A stretch of DNA of 61,316 nucleotides from the IMG/VR virus record IMGVR_UViG_3300023109_000024, positions 1-61,316 of that record; one strand, 5' to 3'. The position numbers and the translations under genes were made by a program. Of this stretch, positions 17,890 to 28,500 are shown one piece after another (the stretch's first letter is position 1; every line of letters starts with the position of its first letter). This DNA is from a virus (lineage: Duplodnaviria > Caudoviricetes). A model generated the notes under the pieces. That model saw only the letters and a list, made by a program, of their open reading frames with translations, was not told where the DNA came from and made no database searches.

Positions 17890-20451
17890 ATGTCAGTATC
17901 TAAATATTTAAGAATTGGTTTGAGAGCAGACAAAAACCTTGCAGATCTGCCAAACAAAACAACAAGTTTGGGCAATATTCTCGATGATCTAATCCCCAAC
18001 CAGTCATTCATTCCAGGCGACCTACAAGTTATCAATGGATTAAATACAACAAATATTTGGGCTGAAGATTTAAAAGAACTTATCGATATATCTGTTCAAT
18101 ATTCACCTTTATACATAGACGACAACGGCAACCTAGCTTTTCTAGCTCCTAGTGATGTGCAGCCACGAATCAGATCAGTTGATAAGATAAGAAATGAAAA
18201 GGTTATTCTTGGCGATCCTGCCTACAGGTTAGGCGGCCAAGGACCAATTGCAAAAGTATTTCCTTCATATGCTTTAATATCTCCAAGCAGCGCACGACAA
18301 AGTCATCGCACTCAAGGCACTCCGCTAAGGCCATATACTGATATTTTTGACCCTGACCATGCAACCGTTATTACAACACAAGATTATTGGATGGACGGCA
18401 GATTCGGATTCGATTCAGCATTTCATCCATCATTCCCAGATAGGTTTGGAGGAATTTCTTGGACAGGTTGGTTGTCCAATTCAGAATCTCGTCTGGTTGA
18501 TTTCGAATGCACATCATTCTTTCTTTTGGAAAAAGACACTGGTAATTCCACCGAAGCATGGGAGCCAGTTAAAGTCAGATCTGCAGAAGAATGGACAGCG
18601 ACAGTCTACTCAGATAATACTGCTGACACAACAAAAATAACATTCACTGCCGTTGATAGTTTGCATTTGTTTCAAAATGTTGAAATGGGTACTGTCGCAG
18701 GATCACCTACACATACAATTATTGATATTGATTATACGTTCCCTGAACCTGTTTGCACGCTACAATCCATATCTGGAGCAGCAAACTTGAGTGTTAGTTC
18801 AGGTGATACGATACATTTCTCGTCACAGATAGGCACAATGATAACAGATCTAGGCTTTAGACACACTGACGAGATGGCTGTTGGAGATACGCAGCAAGTT
18901 AGAATAACAGTGTGGAATCCAAAGCCTGAAGATTTTGTTACTGCGAAAACAGTATCTGATTTTCCTTCGTTCGGCATGAGATATGATTTAGGTATTGATA
19001 TTGATATTGCAGGTGGTAATGAGAGCGAAGACGGCGATTCATTATACACGCCTTACAACTATTTCTTTGGCGCAAAATCAGGCAGTGTTAATGCACCCGT
19101 TATTCCTAATACATATACTCATTTTTCACGAAACGTAATATCTGAAAGAAATAAACATTTATCACACTACTTTCAAAATGCGCAGCCTCTTTATATTAGA
19201 TATACTGCAAAATTAAAACCTAGCGAGGTTTCGAGATTCAATACAGGTTCGGGTAATTATGAACCAACTTCCACCACCTTGACCTGGCGAGGCAATACAA
19301 GATTCCAGGGTAGCTCGACAGTAATGCGAACTATTAAAGTCGGTGATATTTTGCTATTTGCTGACCGCACTGCGCCGAATACAATGGCAGGCACCTTAGG
19401 TCCGGGAGCTGATCATTATTTCTTACAAGTTGCATCAACAAATAACGAAGATACTTTATTTGTCGAACCATTTAAATTTTCAAACCAAGGTACAAATGAA
19501 TCTCCAGATAATATTATAGGCGGCACTTACAGCTATTCGGTTAATGCACCAGTAAGATTTTATGTTATTGATAATAAAGGTCTTATAGGCATATATAATC
19601 AAACAAGTGGTGACGCTAGTGATTCCACTGCAACCAGACAACATGTGTTGCGCAGAGTGAAAAATAGTGATTATCAAGATAGTGACTTATCAACATCAGA
19701 TTATTTTGCCACTGATGTTCGTGCAGGTGACTTATTTGTAAACCTTTCGGTTTTGAGACAAACAGATGGGACTCCTATACAGACACAGGCGAAGTGGTTT
19801 GATAAAATAACAGAGGTTTCGACTACCAGTTCCGGTATAAATATTACGACTACTCCGTTTAATACTGGGAGCAATTCGCCTAGCATGAGCCGATCACGAT
19901 CAGTGAATGGGTATGGGTTAATATATGCGCATAGAGGATTAAGCGACCAATCAACTGCTACTGAATGTGTTGGTGTTGTAGGTGCAGAAGTTGCCAATCA
20001 GGTTACTAACAGCGCAAATGTTCCTTTGACTTTCATTCCTGAGGGACTTCAGACAGGAATGAAAGTTTATTTTGCAGGGATAGATGTTAATAACCCAATT
20101 ATTCCTGACGGAACAACGATTCAAAGTATAACTGGAAATACTGTAGTTTTAAGCACAACAGTCTCTTTGAATCAATCTATCACTATTGTGTTTGCTCCTT
20201 CAGCATCAACAAGCAACAAAGAAGGTTGTATCATGCCTTTAAATACTGCGCCGCCATTTGCAGGTACTGATGATGGATTAGAGACAACAGGAACAGCACC
20301 GCATTTAGTTGTTGGCGGCGAGTTTGCAATTTCAGGAATAAAATTCGAGGATGCGACATCCGTAGAAGTGACGCCATCAACCGATGATGCTGATGGAGGG
20401 TTATTACTTAAAACACCTGACGGAACTAAGTATTGGGCACTTACAGATTAA
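17890..20451 (+). CDS. Virion structural protein; the only plus-strand gene
   Basis: 853 aa ORF with AGGA RBS; N-terminal GLRADKNLADL..L.NILDDL motif; possible PA14-like segment (FGGISWTGW). Confidence 0.75.
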   Translation: MSVSKYLRIGLRADKNLADLPNKTTSLGNILDDLIPNQSFIPGDLQVINGLNTTNIWAEDLKELIDISVQYSPLYIDDNGNLAFLAPSDVQPRIRSVDKIRNEKVILGDPAYRLGGQGPIAKVFPSYALISPSSARQSHRTQGTPLRPYTDIFDPDHATVITTQDYWMDGRFGFDSAFHPSFPDRFGGISWTGWLSNSESRLVDFECTSFFLLEKDTGNSTEAWEPVKVRSAEEWTATVYSDNTADTTKITFTAVDSLHLFQNVEMGTVAGSPTHTIIDIDYTFPEPVCTLQSISGAANLSVSSGDTIHFSSQIGTMITDLGFRHTDEMAVGDTQQVRITVWNPKPEDFVTAKTVSDFPSFGMRYDLGIDIDIAGGNESEDGDSLYTPYNYFFGAKSGSVNAPVIPNTYTHFSRNVISERNKHLSHYFQNAQPLYIRYTAKLKPSEVSRFNTGSGNYEPTSTTLTWRGNTRFQGSSTVMRTIKVGDILLFADRTAPNTMAGTLGPGADHYFLQVASTNNEDTLFVEPFKFSNQGTNESPDNIIGGTYSYSVNAPVRFYVIDNKGLIGIYNQTSGDASDSTATRQHVLRRVKNSDYQDSDLSTSDYFATDVRAGDLFVNLSVLRQTDGTPIQTQAKWFDKITEVSTTSSGINITTTPFNTGSNSPSMSRSRSVNGYGLIYAHRGLSDQSTATECVGVVGAEVANQVTNSANVPLTFIPEGLQTGMKVYFAGIDVNNPIIPDGTTIQSITGNTVVLSTTVSLNQSITIVFAPSASTSNKEGCIMPLNTAPPFAGTDDGLETTGTAPHLVVGGEFAISGIKFEDATSVEVTPSTDDADGGLLLKTPDGTKYWALTD

Positions 20452-21623
20452 TTAGGGTCTTCGAATAAACTTTCGTTACTCGTCAACAACAAATAATAAT
20501 CTTCTCCGTTGACCGTAATTTTTGCTTTATGTGTCCAATTAGATGCAGCATCAACAGGAACATTGTTCAGTATTGTTCGGGTTGATTGATTAGCGCCTGA
20601 AGTTGTAGTGACTAATATTTTTGGACTCTCTTTCCAAATCAAATTTAATACTCTTGCTGATTGATTCGAAACACCTGTTTTAATCACTGCTCTAGAAGTA
20701 TTGTCCGACCCTGTGAAACTATTATCTTCCACCCAAGGATTTCTTGTATCACTGAATGCTCTTAATACTTGCGGAGGCTCGCCGCCATAAATGAATAACC
20801 CAGGCATAATATCATTATTTGCAAATGAATTTGCTGCTGTGGGTAGTGGAATATTATTAGGATTTACAATATGAACGGGACCGCCAAATTCAATTAATCT
20901 ATCGAATGCATTTGACTTATATGAAACCAGATTTCTTGATTTTTTATACAGCAAAGTGTCTAACGAATTTTCGACCTGAGTAGCAAATTCACTTGCGGTT
21001 GTTGACTTCAAAAAGGTTACTTCAAAACTCTGATCTCTTTCTGCATTTAACCCTTCTTCATTTTCCTGATTGTTCCAGGTATTGATAATGCCGCCAGTTC
21101 CATCATTTAGCGTGACCCTATCTTTTGAAAAGTTGGTGATATTTTCGAAATATACTGGCTCGGGACGAAAGAATTTTTTAACTTCAAGATCATAAAAAAA
21201 TGCCCAATTACGAACAGGACCTTTAGTGGCCCCAGAATATTCATATAATCTAAACCTGTCTTCTCCATTACTGTCACCTACAATATGATATACTCGTTGA
21301 TTTGAACTGTTAAGCGTATACAATATTGTATCATTTGAATACGGAACTCTGCCTAATGCTGTTTTCGGTATAACGACATAAGTAAATGTAGAATCAGGAA
21401 TGCCTGTTGTATAAAAAACTTCATCATTTTCAGCAAATTGATTTGCGCTAGCAGTATATGCATCGGCGCCATAATCAAACTCATCCTCAAAAGATAAATT
21501 ACCTGCAAAAAGTCTAATGTCATCAGCAATACCTACACCGCCAAGGTTATTGAGAATACCTGCCGCCGATGCGGGATCTTGTGATTCCAGTAAATTGTTA
21601 TCTCGTGCAAAACCTAATGCCAT
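20448..21623 (-). CDS. Virion structural protein
   Basis: N-terminal GFARDNNLLES...ILNNLGGVGIADDI; C-terminal THKAKITVNGEDYYLLL. Confidence 0.65.
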   Translation of the reverse strand: MALGFARDNNLLESQDPASAAGILNNLGGVGIADDIRLFAGNLSFEDEFDYGADAYTASANQFAENDEVFYTTGIPDSTFTYVVIPKTALGRVPYSNDTILYTLNSSNQRVYHIVGDSNGEDRFRLYEYSGATKGPVRNWAFFYDLEVKKFFRPEPVYFENITNFSKDRVTLNDGTGGIINTWNNQENEEGLNAERDQSFEVTFLKSTTASEFATQVENSLDTLLYKKSRNLVSYKSNAFDRLIEFGGPVHIVNPNNIPLPTAANSFANNDIMPGLFIYGGEPPQVLRAFSDTRNPWVEDNSFTGSDNTSRAVIKTGVSNQSARVLNLIWKESPKILVTTTSGANQSTRTILNNVPVDAASNWTHKAKITVNGEDYYLLLTSNESLFEDPN

Positions 21624-21635
21624 TTTAGTACCTTA

Positions 21636-24600
21636 TTATGGATTAACACTTATTGTCCAACCCTTACCTTTCAAAAAGTCAATGATTGCTTCAGTGTCTC
21701 CATCTGCGTTTAGTCGAGTCAAAGTGACCCTTGAGTTACCTGTTAAAGTTATGTTTACGCCGCCTCTGTTTCTTAAATCGTAATTTGATTTCATGTCCTG
21801 TAATAGACGTTTAGCAGAACCCAAGAATAAATCGTTGTTTGCCACGTTTAAAGTATTAATATATTTATTAGTACTAAGAGACCCTGACTGATATGTCGTT
21901 AATAAATTATTGCTGAGATTGACTTTAGATAGCCTAGACGATAATGACAAATCAGGCATAAATCCTACCATTGCATTGTTACTTGCATTTAAATTCCATG
22001 CTCTGGGACAATCGATAGTTGAAATTGCAGTGAACTCATTATTTTGCACTTGTATATTTCTGACATTACTGTTCTTTAAAGCAAATGTGCCTGTCAACTT
22101 ATTGTCGTGCAAAGTGAGTTCTCTTAACGAATCAGAATTTTCCCAATCGGGCATAACACCAGACAATTGCGTTGATGTTATATTGAATTCTTGAATTGCA
22201 GTTAGGAAAGATATATTTGGCATTTTTCCTCTGATATTAGACCCAGTTGTTTTATCTCTTCCCTGTCCTGTCAAGGAGAATTCTATTAAAGATCCGCCAC
22301 AAGGTTCGAAAGTTTTTGATGTTTCCTGGCGCTCTGAATTGGTAGCAGATGCAACAAGAATTCTCCTTACAGGTCTTACATTATATATTGCTCCTTTCTG
22401 CGCTTCAACTTGCTCACCCGTTCTAAAACTTTGTGCCATACCACTAACAAGGGCATTTCCGTTGACTTGTTGCTGTTTTGGATTAGGTCCTTCAGTGGAT
22501 GACCAATATATTCCGCCTTGACTCTTGATATTAAAACTGTTAATCTTATAATCTTGATTAGTTGATACTATTTTAAATACAACATCCGTATTGCCGGCCA
22601 GGGTTATAGGTAAAAGTGCTGAAAAGGTTGTTGTTACGGCTGTACTTGATTGACTAATATGAAACACAGTATTCGTAACTAGCCCTAATTCCTGTGCTTG
22701 GCGAGGAGATTCTGCATAAATGTCAATGTCGCTATATTTTCCTGGCGAACCGGTTACGCCAGCAGGCAAAGGATTTGCTTGTCCTCCACTAACATTGCTT
22801 CCGGTAGTTGCTGCTGTAAATGTGTCAGTTAAGGAATACACCTCCCCAGTAGTTCCAGCAATTATATTCCATTGAGGGTCGCCGCCGTTACCTAAATCTG
22901 TAATAGCGTAATCTCTTCCTACAACAAAAGAACCTGAAGGAACTTGAGCATCTCTAACATAAGCAACAGTACACGAAACTTCATATGTACCCTGAGGCAA
23001 TGATATCGGATCAGTTTCTAATGTTGTTCCTACATTGGGAACGCCTCCATCATTTGCTATGGCAACAGTTAATTTGTTCGATCCGCCAGTAAGAATAGTC
23101 GGACTACCTGATGCTGTAAATCCAAAAGAAGGTGATGATGATGATGTAGCGGTGAAATTAGGGTTTACAAAATAATTTACATCACCATTGGTGCCATTGT
23201 GATTATTTGATGTCCTAAACGCTTCTGACCCAGTATTCTTAAATGCGGCAGGTGTCGAGACATTTGAAGGCACAGAGGAAGTATATGCACCCTGCGATAA
23301 AGTAGGCACTGAAAAATTATTTGATTCAGGTGCTGTGATGTCATTACTAGAACTTGTTGGTTTCAGGTTTCGATACATTAATTCAAGTTCATCTCTAGCA
23401 GGCAAATACCAATCACTTTTGCCGCCAGGAGATGTCGCATTAAGATCGACAATGTATTTTGTAGCTGCATAATCAGTACTATTCGCACCACCGTGTTCGT
23501 CAGTCGTATTTGTTACGCCGTCATTTGTTGACGGTGATCCTTGCGCACCTGTGCCGGAGCCAGTAAACCTAGGCAAAAATTCTTCGTATTGTTTATCAGC
23601 AACAACAAGATGATATTGCTCTTGAGAATTGTTCTTTAATGTTCCTGCGTAATATCCTCCGCCGTACTCTGATCCTATTCCCCCGGTAGGTTCATCAGCA
23701 ATCACCTCTTGAAAGTCGTTGCCAAAGAAGTTTGCTTGTCCTGGTTGACTATCATGGTTGCCACCGCTTAATTTAAATACCTTTAACTGTTCTGTCCCGC
23801 TAAATGTCCCAGGAGTCATTTTTCCAGTAAGGCGTGTATTCTGAAAATAAATGTTTGACAACTCCGGCAATCCGATAAATAATGTGGCAGTATTTGCTGT
23901 TACATATGAATTTTGAAAGTGTATATATTTTAACTTGTTGCAGCCAGTAAAGTATCCGTCAATTCCCCCTGACGGATTTGCACGACTGTAATTATTGTAA
24001 TGCCAATAATATGTTAAATTTTGTTTACCCGATACGTTAATCACTTCTAAATTATTGTACCCTGCTTGAATTTTTATTATTGAATCAGGTACAGTAACTA
24101 CTTGCCCAGGGGTCCCATTAGAAGATAGTTGGGAATACATATAATTGCCGTAAATATATAAGTATTTAAGGTTATTGGGTTGTCCTTGAACTTTGCTGTC
24201 CATAGTGTATGAGTTATGCGTAACTTCGTGATGCAAGTACTGAAACTGTTGACGATAAATTTCATATAATTCAATATTATTGCCGTTAACTTTAGGTGAG
24301 CAGGCATTGCCAGCTTCTCTAACTCCTAACATTCTTCTTGTTCTTTTGCTGTACCAATCCCAAGCGTCAAAGTAAAAGTTCTTTAATTTTGACGGTTCAA
24401 GGGAACCTGTTCCGCTCGCCTTAAGTTGCCGGATATCTATAGGAGTGTCATCCGAAAAGGTGCATCTTGTAACAAGCGTTGTCACGGAAGATGGCATATA
24501 ATCTGTTAATTGCTGCTGTGCAGTTTTATCTGATCTTGAAAGATCGTTATTAGTTTGATATATATAAATAAGTTTACCGTTTGTGTTACTTGAAACATTG

Positions 24601-25583
24601 CCTCCAGATATATCAAAGAAATCGGGCATTTCGTAAAAATCGTTTGCAGCAATGTTAATATATGCCAAATTTTTCATTTCAACCTTCGGAAACTCATTTA
24701 CCCTTAATGCTCTTCGGGTTGAAGTATCCCACAAATCTAGTCGTGCAATATCGTTAGGATTTTTAAAGATATCTATATACGTTTCAGCAAATGTTACACC
24801 CGGATTATAGAAAAAATCTTTACTTGCAGTGCCAGCTGACCCACTTATTGCGACCTCCCTACCTATAGAACCTTCGGCCATTGCAGTATTAGTAAACAGT
24901 ATTGATGGCGGAATATTTTTTGTTGCATTCGTACTATCAACTCTTATCCTCGCCTTATTAAATACTCCAATAATCCTAAATGGAATGTTTCTCATCGCAA
25001 AGAATTGTTTATTTGTGCCGTTTATGTTTACAGTTACTTTATGTGTAGGAACTTCAGCGAGAAATCTTTTTGCAGTCAACTCTCCTGTGAACAATATATT
25101 CTCGGCTTGAAGAACTGACTCGCCACCTGAACCAGTGATTACGGTATCAGCGCCATAAAATATAGGATCTGATGCAGCAAAAGGAGGTAGTTGCGACCAT
25201 GAAGAAACACGACTTGTAGATATATCCGCACTTTTGTGTCCTGGGACAGACGTAGAATAATCAACATAGTTGTATTTTATTGCGCCTGCTCGAAGTTGAT
25301 GATCTATTCTCAGATTAAAATTAGTTTCTCTTTCAATGCCGCCTAGTAATAAAGCATCGTTGCCGACAGCTATACTAGATTGATAGTTTGAATAGTTTTC
25401 TTTTTCCTGGTCAATGTCAAGACCTGACAGATTATGCAATTGCGCTGTTGTCAAATCATAATTCTGAATGCCACGAATGTGATCTAAATCAAGTCTATTT
25501 AACCCGATGTTTCTTAATGACTCAGATTGATTTTCTACATCACTAAGATAATTACCGACATTTAATCCTGTGTAAATTGCCAT
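21636..25583 (-). CDS. Leucine-rich-repeat virion protein with embedded DUF1566/Lcl-type lectin domain
   Basis: LRRs (LRELTLHDNKLTGTF, LSKVNLSNNLLT, LKYIHFQNS, LSNIYFQNTRLTG); DUF1566 motifs IGSEYGGGYYAG, DWYLPARDEL, YWSSTE, VRPVRR. Confidence 0.75.
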   Translation of the reverse strand: MAIYTGLNVGNYLSDVENQSESLRNIGLNRLDLDHIRGIQNYDLTTAQLHNLSGLDIDQEKENYSNYQSSIAVGNDALLLGGIERETNFNLRIDHQLRAGAIKYNYVDYSTSVPGHKSADISTSRVSSWSQLPPFAASDPIFYGADTVITGSGGESVLQAENILFTGELTAKRFLAEVPTHKVTVNINGTNKQFFAMRNIPFRIIGVFNKARIRVDSTNATKNIPPSILFTNTAMAEGSIGREVAISGSAGTASKDFFYNPGVTFAETYIDIFKNPNDIARLDLWDTSTRRALRVNEFPKVEMKNLAYINIAANDFYEMPDFFDISGGNVSSNTNGKLIYIYQTNNDLSRSDKTAQQQLTDYMPSSVTTLVTRCTFSDDTPIDIRQLKASGTGSLEPSKLKNFYFDAWDWYSKRTRRMLGVREAGNACSPKVNGNNIELYEIYRQQFQYLHHEVTHNSYTMDSKVQGQPNNLKYLYIYGNYMYSQLSSNGTPGQVVTVPDSIIKIQAGYNNLEVINVSGKQNLTYYWHYNNYSRANPSGGIDGYFTGCNKLKYIHFQNSYVTANTATLFIGLPELSNIYFQNTRLTGKMTPGTFSGTEQLKVFKLSGGNHDSQPGQANFFGNDFQEVIADEPTGGIGSEYGGGYYAGTLKNNSQEQYHLVVADKQYEEFLPRFTGSGTGAQGSPSTNDGVTNTTDEHGGANSTDYAATKYIVDLNATSPGGKSDWYLPARDELELMYRNLKPTSSSNDITAPESNNFSVPTLSQGAYTSSVPSNVSTPAAFKNTGSEAFRTSNNHNGTNGDVNYFVNPNFTATSSSSPSFGFTASGSPTILTGGSNKLTVAIANDGGVPNVGTTLETDPISLPQGTYEVSCTVAYVRDAQVPSGSFVVGRDYAITDLGNGGDPQWNIIAGTTGEVYSLTDTFTAATTGSNVSGGQANPLPAGVTGSPGKYSDIDIYAESPRQAQELGLVTNTVFHISQSSTAVTTTFSALLPITLAGNTDVVFKIVSTNQDYKINSFNIKSQGGIYWSSTEGPNPKQQQVNGNALVSGMAQSFRTGEQVEAQKGAIYNVRPVRRILVASATNSERQETSKTFEPCGGSLIEFSLTGQGRDKTTGSNIRGKMPNISFLTAIQEFNITSTQLSGVMPDWENSDSLRELTLHDNKLTGTFALKNSNVRNIQVQNNEFTAISTIDCPRAWNLNASNNAMVGFMPDLSLSSRLSKVNLSNNLLTTYQSGSLSTNKYINTLNVANNDLFLGSAKRLLQDMKSNYDLRNRGGVNITLTGNSRVTLTRLNADGDTEAIIDFLKGKGWTISVNP

Positions 25584-28500
25584 TATTGCTCCTTACACGT
25601 TAGCGTCATTTGAACTGATGCCGTATCTGACTCAGCAACGGGTGTCACTTTAAAATAATACGCTTCATTATTAAACAATCCGGGAGTCATTACTGCCCTG
25701 TCGATGTCAAATATATTTTGTAATCCGAATTTCACAGCTTCATCTTCTCCGATATAAAATGAATATATGTTTTCGCCTGGCGCTAAAGGCAAATCAGTTT
25801 GAGTATCAAACCTTATCCCTGATAAATTATCTTCAGATAAAAAGTTTGACGGCGCTTGATCTGCAGTTGTTTGTACGTCTTTGACGATGACAATATTCGA
25901 TGTTTCATTACCTTCAACATTAAATTCACTACTAGATCTTCCGGGACCTTCAAATTGTGCATCTATCTGACTCTGCTCAACGGACTCCGAGAAATTGCCT
26001 TGTGAATCTAATCCTGTTGCATCCACTTGTCCTATAGTGCCTAAAAAGTTAGGGACATGTGTGCTTCTGGTTGTTGAAGATATTTCTTCAACAATAATAT
26101 TATTTATTCGAGCGTTAGACTTCATTGCAACAAACAAGTAAAGAGGTTGAACATCAAACCGAAAAACTTCTGCAACCGTGAAATCTCTTGAACTATCAGC
26201 TATTGAAATTTTATTATCATCCTCAAGGGTTACGACCTTTGCATCTATTGCTGATGTCGATGAAAAATCAAAATCTGGGGTTTCAGTAGTACGCTTTGCT
26301 ATATATGCAGTAAATATTCTTGATCCGTCAACAAGTTCAATAGAAGGTTTAGTTACGAACACATACCCCGTACCCACGCCGCCAACACCCACTTCCGCTT
26401 CTCCTAAAGTGCTGCCTGATACCGGAGGAAAGGTTGATCCGAATCTTATTCTTTGATCCCAGGTAATTTCATCTACTTCACTTGAAGGTTCAGCAGGTTG
26501 ATCGACACCTTGAATAGGATACGATATTGTTTGAACAGTTACTTGTATGCAGGAAGCGATACCATATCTGCCAGAGAATGGGCGTTCTACGCCCTCAATA
26601 CGATAATCCTGTTCAAACCTTGTGCCTTCACTGATATCAGCTTCACGTAAATCAGCAAGCGTTGAAGCCGATCTTAGATGAGTACTTGATGACCATTCAA
26701 CATGTAATTGTTTGTTTATGTCAAAATATTCACCTGAGTCGAAAACTGAAGTGGCTTCTTCTTCACCTTCACCGCCTTCTTCGCCATCACCTTCACTTTG
26801 TATGACAGGGGGATCATACGGATACACTTTTTTATTTGTACCAAATGTCAGAACTCCTACTGAATCATCACCTTCAGTGCTAGTAGAAGGAGCATCACCA
26901 GTCACACCAATTGCAAAATCTGCTGTAAGTGTGTGCGCACTAAATCTGGGGTCTCGATTATAAGGATTCAAAAAATGAATTTTAAATCTATTTCCGTATA
27001 TTGGCGTATCAGAAGCAACAATACTCCTATACGAGGTCAGTTTTGCGGGAAATAGATTTGTATCCAAGCCCGAATTAATTTGAACAACATCGGAGGCGGC
27101 AAAGCCATTCAAAAATGCCCTTTCGCCGAAATCATTTTGTACCAACTGGCAATTTGAACCATCTCTTCTTACAAGATCAGCTGAATCAGTAACTCCTTCT
27201 CGTAAACTTAAATACGTATTCGGCAGCCCCTGCCCTATAAGTTTGCCGAAATTATCAAGTAGTGTTAATGGGGTAGGCGCCTGAGTATAAGGTAGTGTTG
27301 TGTCAGCAGGATCTTTAAACTCTAATACATTTCTATTTGTAAAAGTAACAGCGACATCTTTTTCAAATCTTTGTTTTGAACATAAACTGACCGATTTAGT
27401 GCCGTGATGCCCGTCAGGACTAACTTTGACTTTAAGTATATCAACCCTTACATTTTTATCTGCTATAGCAGAAAGTGTCATGGGATAAATCTTTTTATTG
27501 TTTAGTGTGCCTTCATAAGCAGCAAACGATGCATCGTATCCGAAAGAATTTAAAATTTTTGTTTTTGGGTGCATTGCAATAACTGATCCTACGGGTACAG
27601 GTTCACCGGGCGATCTGGTGAACGTCCGAGTATCTCCGGTTACTGCGCTCAAAGTAATATTGCCTTCATCGCCTCCATCGATATAGTACGATGATCCGTA
27701 TTTGTAAACAAATGATGGTTCAACAAGGTTAGAAGTATTTTTGTTGAATACAACATATCTAAATTTAAAATCTGCTGCTTGCAATGCAGGTGTTGTCAGT
27801 TTATTTTCAATCACCCACGTATGCAAAAGAACCCATCGTGCTTCACCACTTCCTGCAGGAACAAATGCATAAAACTTTGCGCCGATTGCGCCATACCATG
27901 AAAATTCAATTTTGTACATTGTCACAGTTTCTAAATTGGCAATGTGACCTGAAGGACCTGTGCCGTTCAAAGGATCGCCATTCCACTTAGATCTTGGCAC
28001 TCTTACTTCAAACATCTCAGATGATTTGTCACGACCAGGTGGCAGTTGAGGCTCTGCTCTTTCGCCAGCAGAATTTACATCCATTTCAACTTGTGGTTTT
28101 CTGTAATCATCGGCAGGCTGCAAGTTCATTCCTGCAGGATCTTCAAGAACTGAATCAGGAATCCTTTGTGTTGATCTTCTTACGATATTCCATTGTGACC
28201 CTGTAACCTGCATCATATATTGATCGGTGTCATTGGAGCAACCCCATTCTATTTTATCAGATTGCTCTCTAGGATTGTTTTTCATGCGTAAACCAAACGT
28301 AAACCCTGAAACACGACCTGGCTGATATCTAAAGGTTTGTTTACTTTCTAATACACCTACAGAAGTATTATTTTCGTCTCCGCCAGGTCTAGTGAAATCG
28401 CCTCGAGTATAATTTTGTATTGCTAAATACTCTCCTACATCAGGAATCAAAGCGCCGCCAATTGACGGATTTTTGAAATTATAGTTTATTGTTGTTCGTC

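Noticed and set aside
22355-22520. DUF1566/CLec C-terminal segment as a diversity-generating retroelement variable region
   Set aside because: No template repeat, reverse transcriptase or Avd gene is visible in the window, and the domain is internal to the protein. It cannot be excluded genome-wide.
26750-26800. Short tcttc/tcacc repeats
   Set aside because: They encode an acidic linker (SEGDGEEGGEGEEE); there is no spacer structure, so this is not a CRISPR array.
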